Shown: positions 1-8,777, numbered from the stretch's first letter. The stretch: DNA of 24,741 bases from Candidatus Undinarchaeota archaeon (GCA_964549355.1 CAZJUS010000010.1:4884-29624), one strand, 5' to 3'. Numbers and translations are program-made. The notes: generated by a model not told the origin, from the sequence alone.

Positions 1-39
1 GTTAGTTGGTTTTAAATACTCGCAAACCCTACCCTTATT

Positions 40-870
40 GTGTATCCGGAAGTTCTCGCCATTGCCAAAAAAATACGCTCCGGCGAAATTCATGGAACTA
101 AAGCCATCGCCCGGAATTCCCTCCTGGCAGTAAGCAGGGTGATTGATGATAAAAATTTCATGCTGAAGAAAGAAGAAACAGTCATGTCCCTTGTAAAGCC
201 CGGAAGCCCCCTGGCTTTCAATCTGCTGAGGGCGATACTCCACGCAGGCAAAGTGGAGGATGTGAAAAAGATAATCAAGTTCGGCCTGAAGTATCTGGGG
301 GATGCCAAGCTGGAGGTTGCCAAGCACGGACTGGAGCTGGTAAAGGAAGGCGACAACATTCTGACGGCATCATACGCCACCAATGTCATGGAGCTTCTGC
401 TTGAGGCCAGCGAGACCAAGGACTTCAAGGTTTTTGTAATGAGGTCCGGGCCCAACAACCGGGGCGTCCGCACGGCCAAGGAGCTTTATGAGGCAGGCAT
501 AAATGTGACCCTCATCGGCGACACTGCAGTCAATTACTTCATGCCCGAAGTCAATAAAGTCATAGTCGGGGGGGTGGCAGTCACCAAGTTCGGACTCATA
601 GACCAGGTCGGAGTCAGCACTATGGCAGTGTGCGCCCAGTTCAACAGGATCCCTTTTTATTCGTGCATCGAATATCTGAAAGTCAGCGACAGGCTGATAG
701 TTGACGAAAAGCCCGCGGCAGAGCTGAGCAACGAAGTGCCCGTAAGGAACCCTGCCTATGACCTGACACGGAATTCCCTGATAACAGAGTATGTCACCGA
801 CCTCGGCAGGATGGAGCCTGCAAAGTTTTATGAAAAGGCAAGGCAGAGAGTTGAGAGGTTGATAGAATGA
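40..870 (+). CDS. eIF-2B alpha/beta/delta family protein (ribose-1,5-bisphosphate isomerase-like), catalytic motifs degenerate
   Basis: Family motifs GINVTLIGDTAV, VNKVIVG and RNPAYDLT...ITEYVTDLG; GTG start with TTTTAAATA about 22 nt upstream. Confidence 0.85.
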   Translation: MYPEVLAIAKKIRSGEIHGTKAIARNSLLAVSRVIDDKNFMLKKEETVMSLVKPGSPLAFNLLRAILHAGKVEDVKKIIKFGLKYLGDAKLEVAKHGLELVKEGDNILTASYATNVMELLLEASETKDFKVFVMRSGPNNRGVRTAKELYEAGINVTLIGDTAVNYFMPEVNKVIVGGVAVTKFGLIDQVGVSTMAVCAQFNRIPFYSCIEYLKVSDRLIVDEKPAAELSNEVPVRNPAYDLTRNSLITEYVTDLGRMEPAKFYEKARQRVERLIE

Positions 871-1004
871 GTATACCTGAAGTAATCTGGTGGATTTTCC
901 TTTTGGCCATGGGTTTCCTGGCCGGCATGCTGACCGGCAACTTCTTCGGAGAGAACAAGTCTGAAGAGCTGAGGTACAAGTATCTGAGCGGTGAGATGAA
1001 ATGA
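867..1004 (+). CDS. 45-aa single-TM microprotein MSIPEVIWWIFLLAMGFLAGMLTGNFFGENKSEELRYKYLSGEMK
   Basis: Translated manually; ATG overlaps the upstream stop (ATGA); hydrophobic N-terminal half; its stop overlaps the next ATG. Confidence 0.75.
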   Translation: MSIPEVIWWIFLLAMGFLAGMLTGNFFGENKSEELRYKYLSGEMK

Positions 1005-1138
1005 TAAACTTGATTGACATGCTGGTGATTGCAGTCGGCTTTGTAGCCGGTGTGCTGTTCGGCTATTTCCGCGGCGTAAAGGAGGGCAAGGACAGGTTCT
1101 GGAAGATGCCCAGTGCAAGCTGGAAGGCGAGGAAATAA
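1001..1138 (+). CDS. 45-aa single-TM microprotein MINLIDMLVIAVGFVAGVLFGYFRGVKEGKDRFWKMPSASWKARK
   Basis: Translated manually; GGTGAG RBS, ATGA overlap upstream, TAATG overlap downstream; similar to the preceding ORF. Confidence 0.75.
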   Translation: MINLIDMLVIAVGFVAGVLFGYFRGVKEGKDRFWKMPSASWKARK

Positions 1139-1521
1139 TGATAATCCAGATGGCCGTTGTCGGCGACGATTTGGAAACTGCCTACCATGCAGCCAGGCGC
1201 GGATTCATGGTGATGGGGGTTGACCCCAAGATGGATGCCGTCGTGGCCAAGGCGGGCACCACCAAGTTCGTCCTTTTCGGGTCGTCCGACACTCTCGATG
1301 CTTCAGTCCGCCTGACTTTCCACAATATAATCGACGCCGTCGCGGCCATGGTTGATTCGGCGGACATAATAATAATAACCGGCGGTGGCCATTCGGATTT
1401 TGTAAAATCCGTCGCCCAGCTCAGGCGGAAGCCCTTCATTGAAGGCAGAGGCCTGGATGCGGTGGAGAAAGCGGCCGAGCGGGTTGTGAGATACAACCTC
1501 TTCGGCAAGAAGAAAGGATGA
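1138..1521 (+). CDS. Hypothetical protein resembling a shortened LOG/TIGR00725-like Rossmann-fold protein
   Basis: N-terminal IQMAVVG, SADIIIITGGG, KPFI and DAVEKA segments resemble the TIGR00725 layout. Confidence 0.5.
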   Translation: MIIQMAVVGDDLETAYHAARRGFMVMGVDPKMDAVVAKAGTTKFVLFGSSDTLDASVRLTFHNIIDAVAAMVDSADIIIITGGGHSDFVKSVAQLRRKPFIEGRGLDAVEKAAERVVRYNLFGKKKG

Positions 1522-1528
1522 AAGCTTC

Positions 1529-2335
1529 TTACTTTTTGTCTTCGCCGTCAGCCTTTTTGTCTTCACCATCAGCCTTTTTGTCTTCAGGTCCGGCAGGGTT
1601 GTCTTCGGCACCAGCCATCTCCAGCGGGGCCTCCCGGTCTATTGCTTCCTCCAGCTTTTCCTTGGGCTCCAGCTGGACCTTCTCCTCTTTCTTCTCGACC
1701 TTTTCGGCTTCGCCGGCCTTGTCCTCTTTTACTTCTTCTTCAATTACAATTTCGTGAATCTCATCGCTGAATCTGATGTCGGGCGGAATTATTGTGACCC
1801 GGACCCCAATAACGCCCAGCTTCTGGATGGCTATCTCATATCCGACTTTGGCATGGTCCATGACCTCCTGCCCGCATTTGCGCGGGTTGCCTGCAGTGAA
1901 TTTCCAGGTCTTGGCCCTCTTGCTGGGCAGTTTGCCGCTCAGCCGGATTTCCACGCCCCGGGCCCCGGATTGGATGATCCTTTGTATCATTATATTGGCT
2001 ATCCTCTTGAAGTTGCCCCCTTTCTCCAGGGACTTGGCTATCCTCCACGCTACTATGTGGGGGTCAAGGAAGATGTCTTCAATCTGCTCGACCTCAACGT
2101 GGGGGTTTTCAACTTTGAATTTTCTTTCAATTGTGGCGGTTATGCTTTTGATATTTTCTCCGCTGGAGCCTATCACGAGGCCCGGCCTGACAGCATAGAT
2201 GGTTATGCGCGTCCCCAGGGGCGTCTTCTTTATATCTGCATGGCTGAAGCCTGCAAATTTGAGTTCGTTCCTTAGATATTCGATTATATTGTGCGATTGT
2301 TTGGCCTGTTTTATGAAAAAATTTATTGCTGTCAT
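1529..2335 (-). CDS. rpsC: 30S ribosomal protein S3 (uS3) with acidic C-terminal tail
   Basis: KTPLGTRITIYAVRPGLVIG KH domain; GARGVEIRLSGKL; KLGVIGVRVTI. Confidence 0.97.
   Translation of the reverse strand: MTAINFFIKQAKQSHNIIEYLRNELKFAGFSHADIKKTPLGTRITIYAVRPGLVIGSSGENIKSITATIERKFKVENPHVEVEQIEDIFLDPHIVAWRIAKSLEKGGNFKRIANIMIQRIIQSGARGVEIRLSGKLPSKRAKTWKFTAGNPRKCGQEVMDHAKVGYEIAIQKLGVIGVRVTIIPPDIRFSDEIHEIVIEEEVKEDKAGEAEKVEKKEEKVQLEPKEKLEEAIDREAPLEMAGAEDNPAGPEDKKADGEDKKADGEDKK
1532..1615 (-). repeat. Four imperfect 21-nt tandem repeats encoding the S3 tail (AGAEDNP/AGPEDKK/ADGEDKK/ADGEDKK)
   Basis: ctttttgtcttcgccgtcagc / ctttttgtcttcaccatcagc / ctttttgtcttcaggtccggc / agggttgtcttcggcaccagc. 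Confidence 0.8.
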
Positions 2336-2757
2336 TTTTTGCTCCCCCCTTCAGCGAGGACTACCACTATGTTGGTCCTGCGCCCCCTTTTCTTCGATTT
2401 GCCTATGGATTTTGCACCCCAGGGCTTCTTGAAGGCGCCCCTTGAAGCTTCAATTCTTTTCAGCACCAGCTGCTCCTCCTTGAGCCCGATGTAATTGGCA
2501 TTTGCCACTGCGTTTTCAATGACCCCTATGAACTCCTTGACGGCCTTCACAGGATACCTGCCCGGCCTGCCGTAGTGGTGGGGCACCTCAGCGTTGTGCT
2601 TCCTGAGAAGAATTGGTTTCTTTAATTCAACCACTTCCTCAAGCAGGCGCAGGGCTTTGGCTACCGGCAGGCCCCTTATGTTCGCTGCGATCTCGCGCGA
2701 ATACTTGGGCGAAATGTTCAAATTCCAAGCCCTTGCAGTTGCTGTTTTTTCCTCCAT
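2332..2757 (-). CDS. rplV: 50S ribosomal protein L22 (uL22)
   Basis: ISPKYSREIAANIRG, GRYPVKA, NAVANA; position between S19 and S3. Confidence 0.95.
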   Translation of the reverse strand: MEEKTATARAWNLNISPKYSREIAANIRGLPVAKALRLLEEVVELKKPILLRKHNAEVPHHYGRPGRYPVKAVKEFIGVIENAVANANYIGLKEEQLVLKRIEASRGAFKKPWGAKSIGKSKKRGRRTNIVVVLAEGGSKK

Positions 2758-2767
2758 ATGCTTCACA

Positions 2768-3163
2768 TCACTTCAACGGTATGAACTTGCTGCTTCGCGT
2801 AGCACCCACGCCGGGGCTTCCGTGCTGCACCCTCTTCCTTGTCCCGGAGAATTCGCCCAGGTAGTGGCCCAGCATCTCTACTGTGGCATGCACCCTCTTG
2901 AACTCCTTCCCGTTGTGGACCATGAAGAGCATGCCCACCATCTCAGGTATTATTATCATATCCCTGCAGTGGGTCTTGATTGGTTTCTTGATGTCTTTGG
3001 CTTTGTATTCACGGACTTTTTCAAGCAGGATTTTTTGGCTGGGGGTGAATCCCCTCTTCAGGCTCCGCCTCTGCCTTGCCGGCACAACCTTGATGAAGTC
3101 TTCGAGGGTCATGCTCTTGAGCTCCTCTTCGCTTTTCCCGTAATATGCAATTGGTTTCACCAT
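2768..3163 (-). CDS. rpsS: 30S ribosomal protein S19 (uS19)
   Basis: [48 protein letters not shown] before ATG 3163. Confidence 0.97.
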   Translation of the reverse strand: MVKPIAYYGKSEEELKSMTLEDFIKVVPARQRRSLKRGFTPSQKILLEKVREYKAKDIKKPIKTHCRDMIIIPEMVGMLFMVHNGKEFKRVHATVEMLGHYLGEFSGTRKRVQHGSPGVGATRSSKFIPLK

Positions 3164-3168
3164 TATTC

Positions 3169-3879
3169 TCACCTCTTCTTGCCCGTCCTTTTGGCTGCAA
3201 TATACCCTGCCTTTCTTCCGGGCGGCGAATGCCTTGATGCCGTCTGCTTGGTGCTGGCATGGCGGGCCTTCCTGCCACCGCCGAACGGGTGTTCATAGGC
3301 ATTCATGCCGACTGCGCTGACCCTGGGCCAGTACTTGTGCTTGGCCTTGTTTATGTGGAACTGCTTGCCGGCCTTGACGATGGGCAGGTCCTTCAGGCCC
3401 GTCCCCGCCACTGCGCCCACCACCGCCCTGCACTTGGGGTTCATGAATTTGATTTTTCCGCTGCTCATCTTCAGCTTCACTTTTCCGCCTTCGACTGCCA
3501 TGACAGTTGCAAAATTGCCTGCAGCCCTTACCATCTTTCCGCCGTCGCCGGGGCGCATCTCAACGCAGAAAACTTTTCGGCCTTCGGGGACTTTGTCGAG
3601 GGTCACTATGTTGCCGGCTTCGATTTTGGCCTCGTCGCCCGCAAAAATTTTCTGGCCTACTGTAAGGCCTGCTGCAGCAGGGAGCCACAGCTTTTCGCCG
3701 TTGGTGAATTCAACAAGGGCGAGCGGGGCGTTGCGGATGGAGTCCCTCCTGATGTCCATGACCACGCCCTGCTTGGCTTCAGGCCTGCCCATGCCGACTG
3801 CTTCGAGATATTTGTGGCTGGGGCTCTTCCAAACCAAAGTGCCTTTGCCGCGCCTTTGCTGGTTCAGCCTTTTTCCCAT
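3169..3879 (-). CDS. rplB: 50S ribosomal protein L2 (uL2)
   Basis: [47 protein letters not shown]. Confidence 0.97.
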   Translation of the reverse strand: MGKRLNQQRRGKGTLVWKSPSHKYLEAVGMGRPEAKQGVVMDIRRDSIRNAPLALVEFTNGEKLWLPAAAGLTVGQKIFAGDEAKIEAGNIVTLDKVPEGRKVFCVEMRPGDGGKMVRAAGNFATVMAVEGGKVKLKMSSGKIKFMNPKCRAVVGAVAGTGLKDLPIVKAGKQFHINKAKHKYWPRVSAVGMNAYEHPFGGGRKARHASTKQTASRHSPPGRKAGYIAAKRTGKKR

Positions 3880-3888
3880 TCACTTCAC

Positions 3889-4146
3889 CTAAAGCAGACC
3901 GAGAGTGGTTGCCAACTCCACTGCACTGTGGTCTTTTTTGAGTTTGATGTATGCTTTCTTCACTCCCTTGCGGGTTATCAGGGTTGAAATCCTTTCCACT
4001 TTGACTTTGAACAGTTTTTCAAGCGCCTTTTTTATGTCGCTCTTGTCCGCCCTCTTGTCCACCACAAAGACCACCTTGTTCTGGTCGAGCAGCCTTATGG
4101 CCTTCTCAGTCCCGACCGGATGCAGGAGCACTTTTGTGGCGTCCAT
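3889..4146 (-). CDS. rplW: 50S ribosomal protein L23 (uL23)
   Basis: HPVGTEKA, FVVDKRADK, GVKKAYIKL; ATG at 4146 overlaps the L37e stop. Confidence 0.95.
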   Translation of the reverse strand: MDATKVLLHPVGTEKAIRLLDQNKVVFVVDKRADKSDIKKALEKLFKVKVERISTLITRKGVKKAYIKLKKDHSAVELATTLGLL

Positions 4147-4310
4147 TACTTTCTCCCCCACTCCCTTTTCTTGAGCTTCGCGCTTCTGCCGAATCCGCAC
4201 TTGACGCAGACGCGGGTCTTCACATTGAAGCCGGGCTTGCCACACCTTCTGCATGTCACGTGGAGCCTTTTCCCACCGCGCTTGCCGAAAGAAGGTGTGC
4301 CTTTGCTCAT
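4146..4310 (-). CDS. rpl37e: 50S ribosomal protein L37e (eL37), 54 aa, missing from the ORF track
   Basis: Manual translation MSKGTPSFGKRGGKRLHVTCRRCGKPGFNVKTRVCVKCGFGRSAKLKKREWGRK; zinc-ribbon cysteines; conserved position after Sm. Confidence 0.95.
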   Translation of the reverse strand: MSKGTPSFGKRGGKRLHVTCRRCGKPGFNVKTRVCVKCGFGRSAKLKKREWGRK

Positions 4311-4315
4311 GCGAA

Positions 4316-4543
4316 TCACTTGCCGGGCACTATCATCAGGACAGTGTCGCCTCTAATCAACAGTTTTCCGAGCTTGCGGCTCAGCTCTCCCCCTTCCAAT
4401 TCCTCAGCATTGTCCATGACAAGATTGAGGTGTATGTCGAAAGCCAGCAGAGTGCCTCGAATGGTCTTCCCATTCTTGAGCTCGACCATAACAGTTTTAT
4501 CCCTCGCTTCACTCAGAGCGTCGAGGGGACGTTCAATAGCCAT
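4316..4543 (-). CDS. Sm-like (Lsm/SmAP1) RNA-binding protein
   Basis: RPLDAL, VELKNG...GTLLAFDIHLNLV, LIRGDTV Sm1/Sm2 motifs; GAGGTAGGTGA RBS. Confidence 0.95.
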   Translation of the reverse strand: MAIERPLDALSEARDKTVMVELKNGKTIRGTLLAFDIHLNLVMDNAEELEGGELSRKLGKLLIRGDTVLMIVPGK

Positions 4544-4676
4544 TTTTTTCACCTACCTCAATCTATCAAATCTGTTTTTAAAGCTTTTGCCTCAATCAGG
4601 TCTAATTCGCCCGGAAATTATGTTATTTGGTATTTTTTGAAACTTACTAGTAATTACATCCGCCCCCCGCGGAATG

Positions 4677-4691
4677 GAAAACACTTAAAAA
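4677..4691 (+). promoter_or_regulatory. Putative BRE/TATA for S8e
   Basis: gaaaacacttaaaaa about 21 nt before ATG 4713. Confidence 0.5.
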
Positions 4692-4712
4692 CGCGCCCGG
4701 ACAGGAATGCCT

Positions 4713-5180
4713 ATGGCCAACGTCCACAGCAAAAGTCTCAGGAAGCCCACGGGGGGCATGAGGAGGGCAGCCCGCAAAAAAAGGAAGGGCGAACTCGGCA
4801 GGCCCCATCTCGCAGTGACGGTGGGCGAGGAGAAGCGCAAGCTCATCCGCGTCCGCGGCGGCAACATCAAACAGCGCATGCTCAAGGCCGAGTTTGCAGT
4901 TGTGTCCGACGGCGCCAAGACCAAGAAAGTCAGGATTACTGATGTAGTCGAGAACACTGCCAACCCTTTCTTCATCCGGCGCAATATAATCACCAAAGGT
5001 GCAGTCATAAACACTGAGGCGGGGTATGCGAGGGTGAGCTCCCGGCCCGGGCAGCACGGCGTTGTGAATGCAGTCCTGCTCTCAGACTACAAACTGCCCG
5101 AAAAGAAGGCAAAGAAGCTGGCCAAGCAGAAGCGGGAGAAAACCGAAAAGACGGAAAAGAAGTCCGGGAAAAAGTCATAA
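4713..5180 (+). CDS. rps8e: 30S ribosomal protein S8e (eS8) with Lys-rich tail
   Basis: [37 protein letters not shown]. Confidence 0.96.
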   Translation: MANVHSKSLRKPTGGMRRAARKKRKGELGRPHLAVTVGEEKRKLIRVRGGNIKQRMLKAEFAVVSDGAKTKKVRITDVVENTANPFFIRRNIITKGAVINTEAGYARVSSRPGQHGVVNAVLLSDYKLPEKKAKKLAKQKREKTEKTEKKSGKKS

Positions 5181-5199
5181 TGTTCCACCGGAAATCCCG

Positions 5200-5221
5200 G
5201 CATGATGCTCTCATGCTTTTT
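5200..5221 (+). terminator. Hairpin plus T-tract after S8e
   Basis: GCATGA-tgctc-TCATGC followed by TTTTT, 20 nt after the stop. Confidence 0.45.
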
Positions 5222-5298
5222 AATCAACCCCTTTGAATGGGTTTGTGGAAGTCTTTGATGGTAGCGCCAGCCAAACCCTGAAAGAGCCTATTGAAAAT

Positions 5299-7275
5299 AT
5301 GTCAGTGAGGATTGAAGATTTTCTGCGGGATGTCATGATGAATGACATCCTGAAGGTCATATCCAAAGGCGAGAAGGCGCTCCTTATCGATTTTATAGAG
5401 CTGGACAAGTACGACCCGGACCTCTCCGATCTGCTTCTCGACCAGCCCAATGACACTCTGCGGGCTTTTGAAGATGTCCTTGATGCACTGAGGCTTTCAG
5501 ACAAACCGCTCAAACCCCGTTTCCGAAACCTGCCTGAAAGCTTGGCGGTGCGCGTACGCGACTTGAGGAGTTCGAACCTGAACAAGATGATTTATGTTGA
5601 AGGCATTATCCGGCAGGCGTCGGAAGTCCGCCCTGAGGTGGTGAAGACTGTATGGGAATGTCCTTTATGCGGGAATGAAATCACCAGCTTCCAGACAGGG
5701 GTAAATCTCGAAAAGCCGTCGGAGTGCGTCTGCGGCAACCGGAAGGGTTTCATTCTGAAGGACAAGGATTTCAGCGATGTGCAGAAAATTACGATTGAAG
5801 AGAATCCGGAGGCTTTGGAAGGAACAGAGCAACCGTCCAGGATTTCAATCCTGCTCCGCCATGATCTGGTGGACCCAACCTTCCGCAAGAAAATTGTGCC
5901 CGGCAATTTGATCGGGGTGGTCGGCATCCTGAAGGAGGTCCCCCTCGAAAAAGGGGCGGGCAAAAGATTCGACATCATGATAGAAGCCAACTACCTTGAG
6001 GCGAAGCATCTCCAGTTTGAAGAGCTGAAGATAACCCCTGAAGACAGAAAGGAGATTATGGAAATTGCATCGGGGGACCCTTGGTCGCAGATTGTAGCTT
6101 CGATTGCGCCTTCCATATACGGCCACCAAAAAATCAAAGAGGCAATAGCACTCCAGATGTTCGGCGGTGTGCGCAAGCTGCACGCCGATGAAACTGTGGG
6201 GAGGGGGGACATACACATCCTGCTGGTGGGCGACCCCGGCGCCGGCAAGTCACAGCTGCTCAAATACACTTCGAAGATTTCACCCAAGAGCAGGTATGTT
6301 GCAGGCAAAGGCGCCAGTGCTGTCGGATTGACGGCCTCTGTGGTGAAGGACGATTTCCTGAAAGGTTGGACTTTGGAAGCAGGGGCGCTGGTGCTGGCCA
6401 GCGGAGGCATAGTGTGCATTGACGAAATGGACAAGATTGCAAGGGATGATGTATATGCCCTGCATGAAGCAATGGAGCAGCAGTCCATCACAGTTGCGAA
6501 GGCGAATATTTTTGCAACGCTCAGAGCGGAGGCAAGCATTCTTGCGGCCGCCAACCCGAAATACGGCAGGTTTGACTTGAACACCCCAATTGCGGAGCAG
6601 ATTTCAATGCCCGAAACTATCCTCAGCCGTTTCGACTGTATTTTTGCAGTGAAGGACGTGCCGAATCCCGACAAGGATGAGAGGCTGGCAAGCCACATAC
6701 TCAGAATGCAGGCTTCGCCCGAAGAATCCCGGCCCGTCATCGACACTGAGCTTCTCCGCAAATATGTAGCATATGCTAAAAACAATATAAAACCCAAGCT
6801 GAACTCGGATGCCCTCTATCTAATCAAGCAGTTTTTTGTAGAGCTCCGCCGGAAGTATATGAATGAAAATTCAGTGCCGATTTCGCCCCGCCAGCTTGAG
6901 GCTTTGGTCCGGCTGACTGAAGCATCCGCCAGGCTCAGACTGAGCCCCATTGCGGACAAGGACGATGCGCAAAGGGCCATCAGCATCATCAAATTCACAC
7001 TCTACCAATTGGCTTTTGACAGGGATACTGGCAAATTCGATATAGACAAGCTCGAAGGCGGGATTTCGGCCAGCAAAAGAGGCAGGATGATGACTCTTAT
7101 GAACATAATCCGCGACCTCGAAAACCAGTTCGGCAAGCCCGTGCCGAAGGCCAAGATAATTGAGGCTGCCGAATCGCAGAATATCAGCGTCGGAGAAGTC
7201 GAGCGCATGATTGAGGAGCTCCGCATGAGGGGGCACATTATAGAATCAAAGCAGGGATATATTGAAAGGGTGTAG
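5299..7275 (+). CDS. mcm: MCM replicative helicase
   Basis: Zn finger CPLC..CVC, Walker A GDPGAGKS, Walker B IDEMDK, AANP, SRFD arginine finger, C-terminal winged helix; no intein; start chosen at ATG 5299. Confidence 0.97.
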   Translation: MSVRIEDFLRDVMMNDILKVISKGEKALLIDFIELDKYDPDLSDLLLDQPNDTLRAFEDVLDALRLSDKPLKPRFRNLPESLAVRVRDLRSSNLNKMIYVEGIIRQASEVRPEVVKTVWECPLCGNEITSFQTGVNLEKPSECVCGNRKGFILKDKDFSDVQKITIEENPEALEGTEQPSRISILLRHDLVDPTFRKKIVPGNLIGVVGILKEVPLEKGAGKRFDIMIEANYLEAKHLQFEELKITPEDRKEIMEIASGDPWSQIVASIAPSIYGHQKIKEAIALQMFGGVRKLHADETVGRGDIHILLVGDPGAGKSQLLKYTSKISPKSRYVAGKGASAVGLTASVVKDDFLKGWTLEAGALVLASGGIVCIDEMDKIARDDVYALHEAMEQQSITVAKANIFATLRAEASILAAANPKYGRFDLNTPIAEQISMPETILSRFDCIFAVKDVPNPDKDERLASHILRMQASPEESRPVIDTELLRKYVAYAKNNIKPKLNSDALYLIKQFFVELRRKYMNENSVPISPRQLEALVRLTEASARLRLSPIADKDDAQRAISIIKFTLYQLAFDRDTGKFDIDKLEGGISASKRGRMMTLMNIIRDLENQFGKPVPKAKIIEAAESQNISVGEVERMIEELRMRGHIIESKQGYIERV

Positions 7276-7302
7276 AGTCCGCTCTTTCCAAAGGCTTTGC
7301 AG

Positions 7303-8157
7303 TTATTCAATAATTTCTACGGAATCCACTATGCCGTCGCCGTCCTCGTCGAAGCCCTGCACCACCACATACCCTTTCTTCTGGACATGCTCCGGGTATT
7401 TTTTGAGGGCGAGTGCAGCCGCCCTCGTGCCTGCCCTGCTTCTTCCCGCAACCATCATTATTTTTTTTTCAGGATATTCGGGATGACTGGTCACTGCAAC
7501 AAACCCCACCCAGTCTTCACTGTATTCTTTGTCGGGGCTGTGGATGGATTTGCCGTTGAATCGGACAGGAAACTGAGAGGTGTACTTGGCAGAAAGCATA
7601 TTCACAACCGGGCCGCCCAGCAGAATCAGATTGTCGTTGATGTTGCGGATTTCAGTGTCTTCATACACGAAAGGCCATTTGGTCGTGGCCATGCCTGCGA
7701 AGAAGCTTGCAATTTCCGCAGCAATGTGGCCGTCCCTTGCCCGGGCGCGGTGCGGTCCGTGCGGGTCCGGAGAACCCACCACCAGCTTGGCATCAACCAC
7801 ACCCCCTTTTATGAATGGCGCAAAGTCGGAGGCTTTCACCATCTCGCCTCCCTGGGCGCAGTCCATCACAAAGCCGAATGCCAAGGCTGTTGGAGAAAGA
7901 AGCTTGGCCTTGCCCCCCCTCATCTGGCGCTCTTCGACCTCCTTCACCAAACCCACTTTTTTCAAAATCTTGATGTGGTAGTAAATTTTCTGCTCTATCA
8001 TATTGAATTTTTTGGCAAGTTCAATGGGATACATGGGCCTCTCATTCAGCTCGCGCAGAATTTTAAGCCTCAGTGCATTGCCCACTGCATCGAGAATTTC
8101 AGGATTCCGGGACACAAGGGCAGGGTAGCGCTTTCCCTTCAGGATTACTGAATTCAT
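7303..8157 (-). CDS. ArsR-type HTH protein with a C-terminal domain resembling S-layer C-terminal-like domains
   Basis: LRLKILREL..PMYPIELAKK..QKIYYHIKILKKVGLV HTH; VVGSPDPHG, NLILLGGPVVN, AGRSRAGTRAA, C-terminal DEDGDG. Confidence 0.75.
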   Translation of the reverse strand: MNSVILKGKRYPALVSRNPEILDAVGNALRLKILRELNERPMYPIELAKKFNMIEQKIYYHIKILKKVGLVKEVEERQMRGGKAKLLSPTALAFGFVMDCAQGGEMVKASDFAPFIKGGVVDAKLVVGSPDPHGPHRARARDGHIAAEIASFFAGMATTKWPFVYEDTEIRNINDNLILLGGPVVNMLSAKYTSQFPVRFNGKSIHSPDKEYSEDWVGFVAVTSHPEYPEKKIMMVAGRSRAGTRAAALALKKYPEHVQKKGYVVVQGFDEDGDGIVDSVEIIE

Positions 8158-8243
8158 AAATTCAATTTTGACATTAATTTAAAACTTTTTTGTAGTGCTT
8201 GTCCGGGGGCTAAAACTTAAATCTGGACTGCAGTTATAGCTGT

Positions 8244-8777
8244 ATGCATTATATCGGGGCTGTCAAACGCCTGTTCCGCGACCCCATACTCTACTTCATA
8301 AACGCCCTTTTGTTTTTTGTGCCCGGCCCCAATATCGCAGTTGCGGGATACCTGGTGAGTCTGACCGGCAGTTCAGGTCCGGAGGCATCATTCGGCAGAT
8401 TCATAATCCGGTTTTTTGAAGGCTTCCAGATAATTGCCGTCGGCTTGATGTATGCCGTCCTGCCCTTGATTGCTTTGGAATTTTATTCACCTTTGCTGGC
8501 TGTTGCTTTGGCCCTCCTGCTCTTCCCCCCCTTTGTTTTCTCAATAGCCATGCTGGGCAACGGAGAGAAGCTGGGCTCCATACTCGAACTCCGCAGGGTC
8601 CTTCGCGCATACTCAAAATTTTTCATAACGAGCATCTTCAAAGCGGGCATCTTCTCCCTGCTGGTCCTCCTGGCGCACATCATGGTCCCAATTGCCGGGT
8701 GGATAGGCATAGTCTACGGGCCGGCCGCTGTTTTTCTGATTCTCATAGGCGAGGCATACCAGGACTACTTTGTTTGA
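8244..8777 (+). CDS. Multi-pass membrane protein, DUF4013-like
   Basis: About four hydrophobic segments; VAGYLV and EGFQIIAVGLMY pattern; TATA (cttaaat) upstream. Confidence 0.55.
   Translation: MHYIGAVKRLFRDPILYFINALLFFVPGPNIAVAGYLVSLTGSSGPEASFGRFIIRFFEGFQIIAVGLMYAVLPLIALEFYSPLLAVALALLLFPPFVFSIAMLGNGEKLGSILELRRVLRAYSKFFITSIFKAGIFSLLVLLAHIMVPIAGWIGIVYGPAAVFLILIGEAYQDYFV

Noticed and set aside
1532..1615. Tandem repeats as a possible CRISPR array
   Set aside because: In-frame coding repeats with no spacers and no cas genes
4147..4254. N-terminal extension of L23 in the ORF track
   Set aside because: This stretch encodes L37e in another frame; the L23 start is 4146
4553..4706. AT-rich intergenic region as a replication origin
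   Set aside because: Explained by divergent promoters; no repeated ORBs and no cdc6
7297..8151. Long antisense ORFs (also 3259-3987, 5991-6797, 10407-11240, 16074-16781)
   Set aside because: Shadows of well-supported genes on the opposite strand
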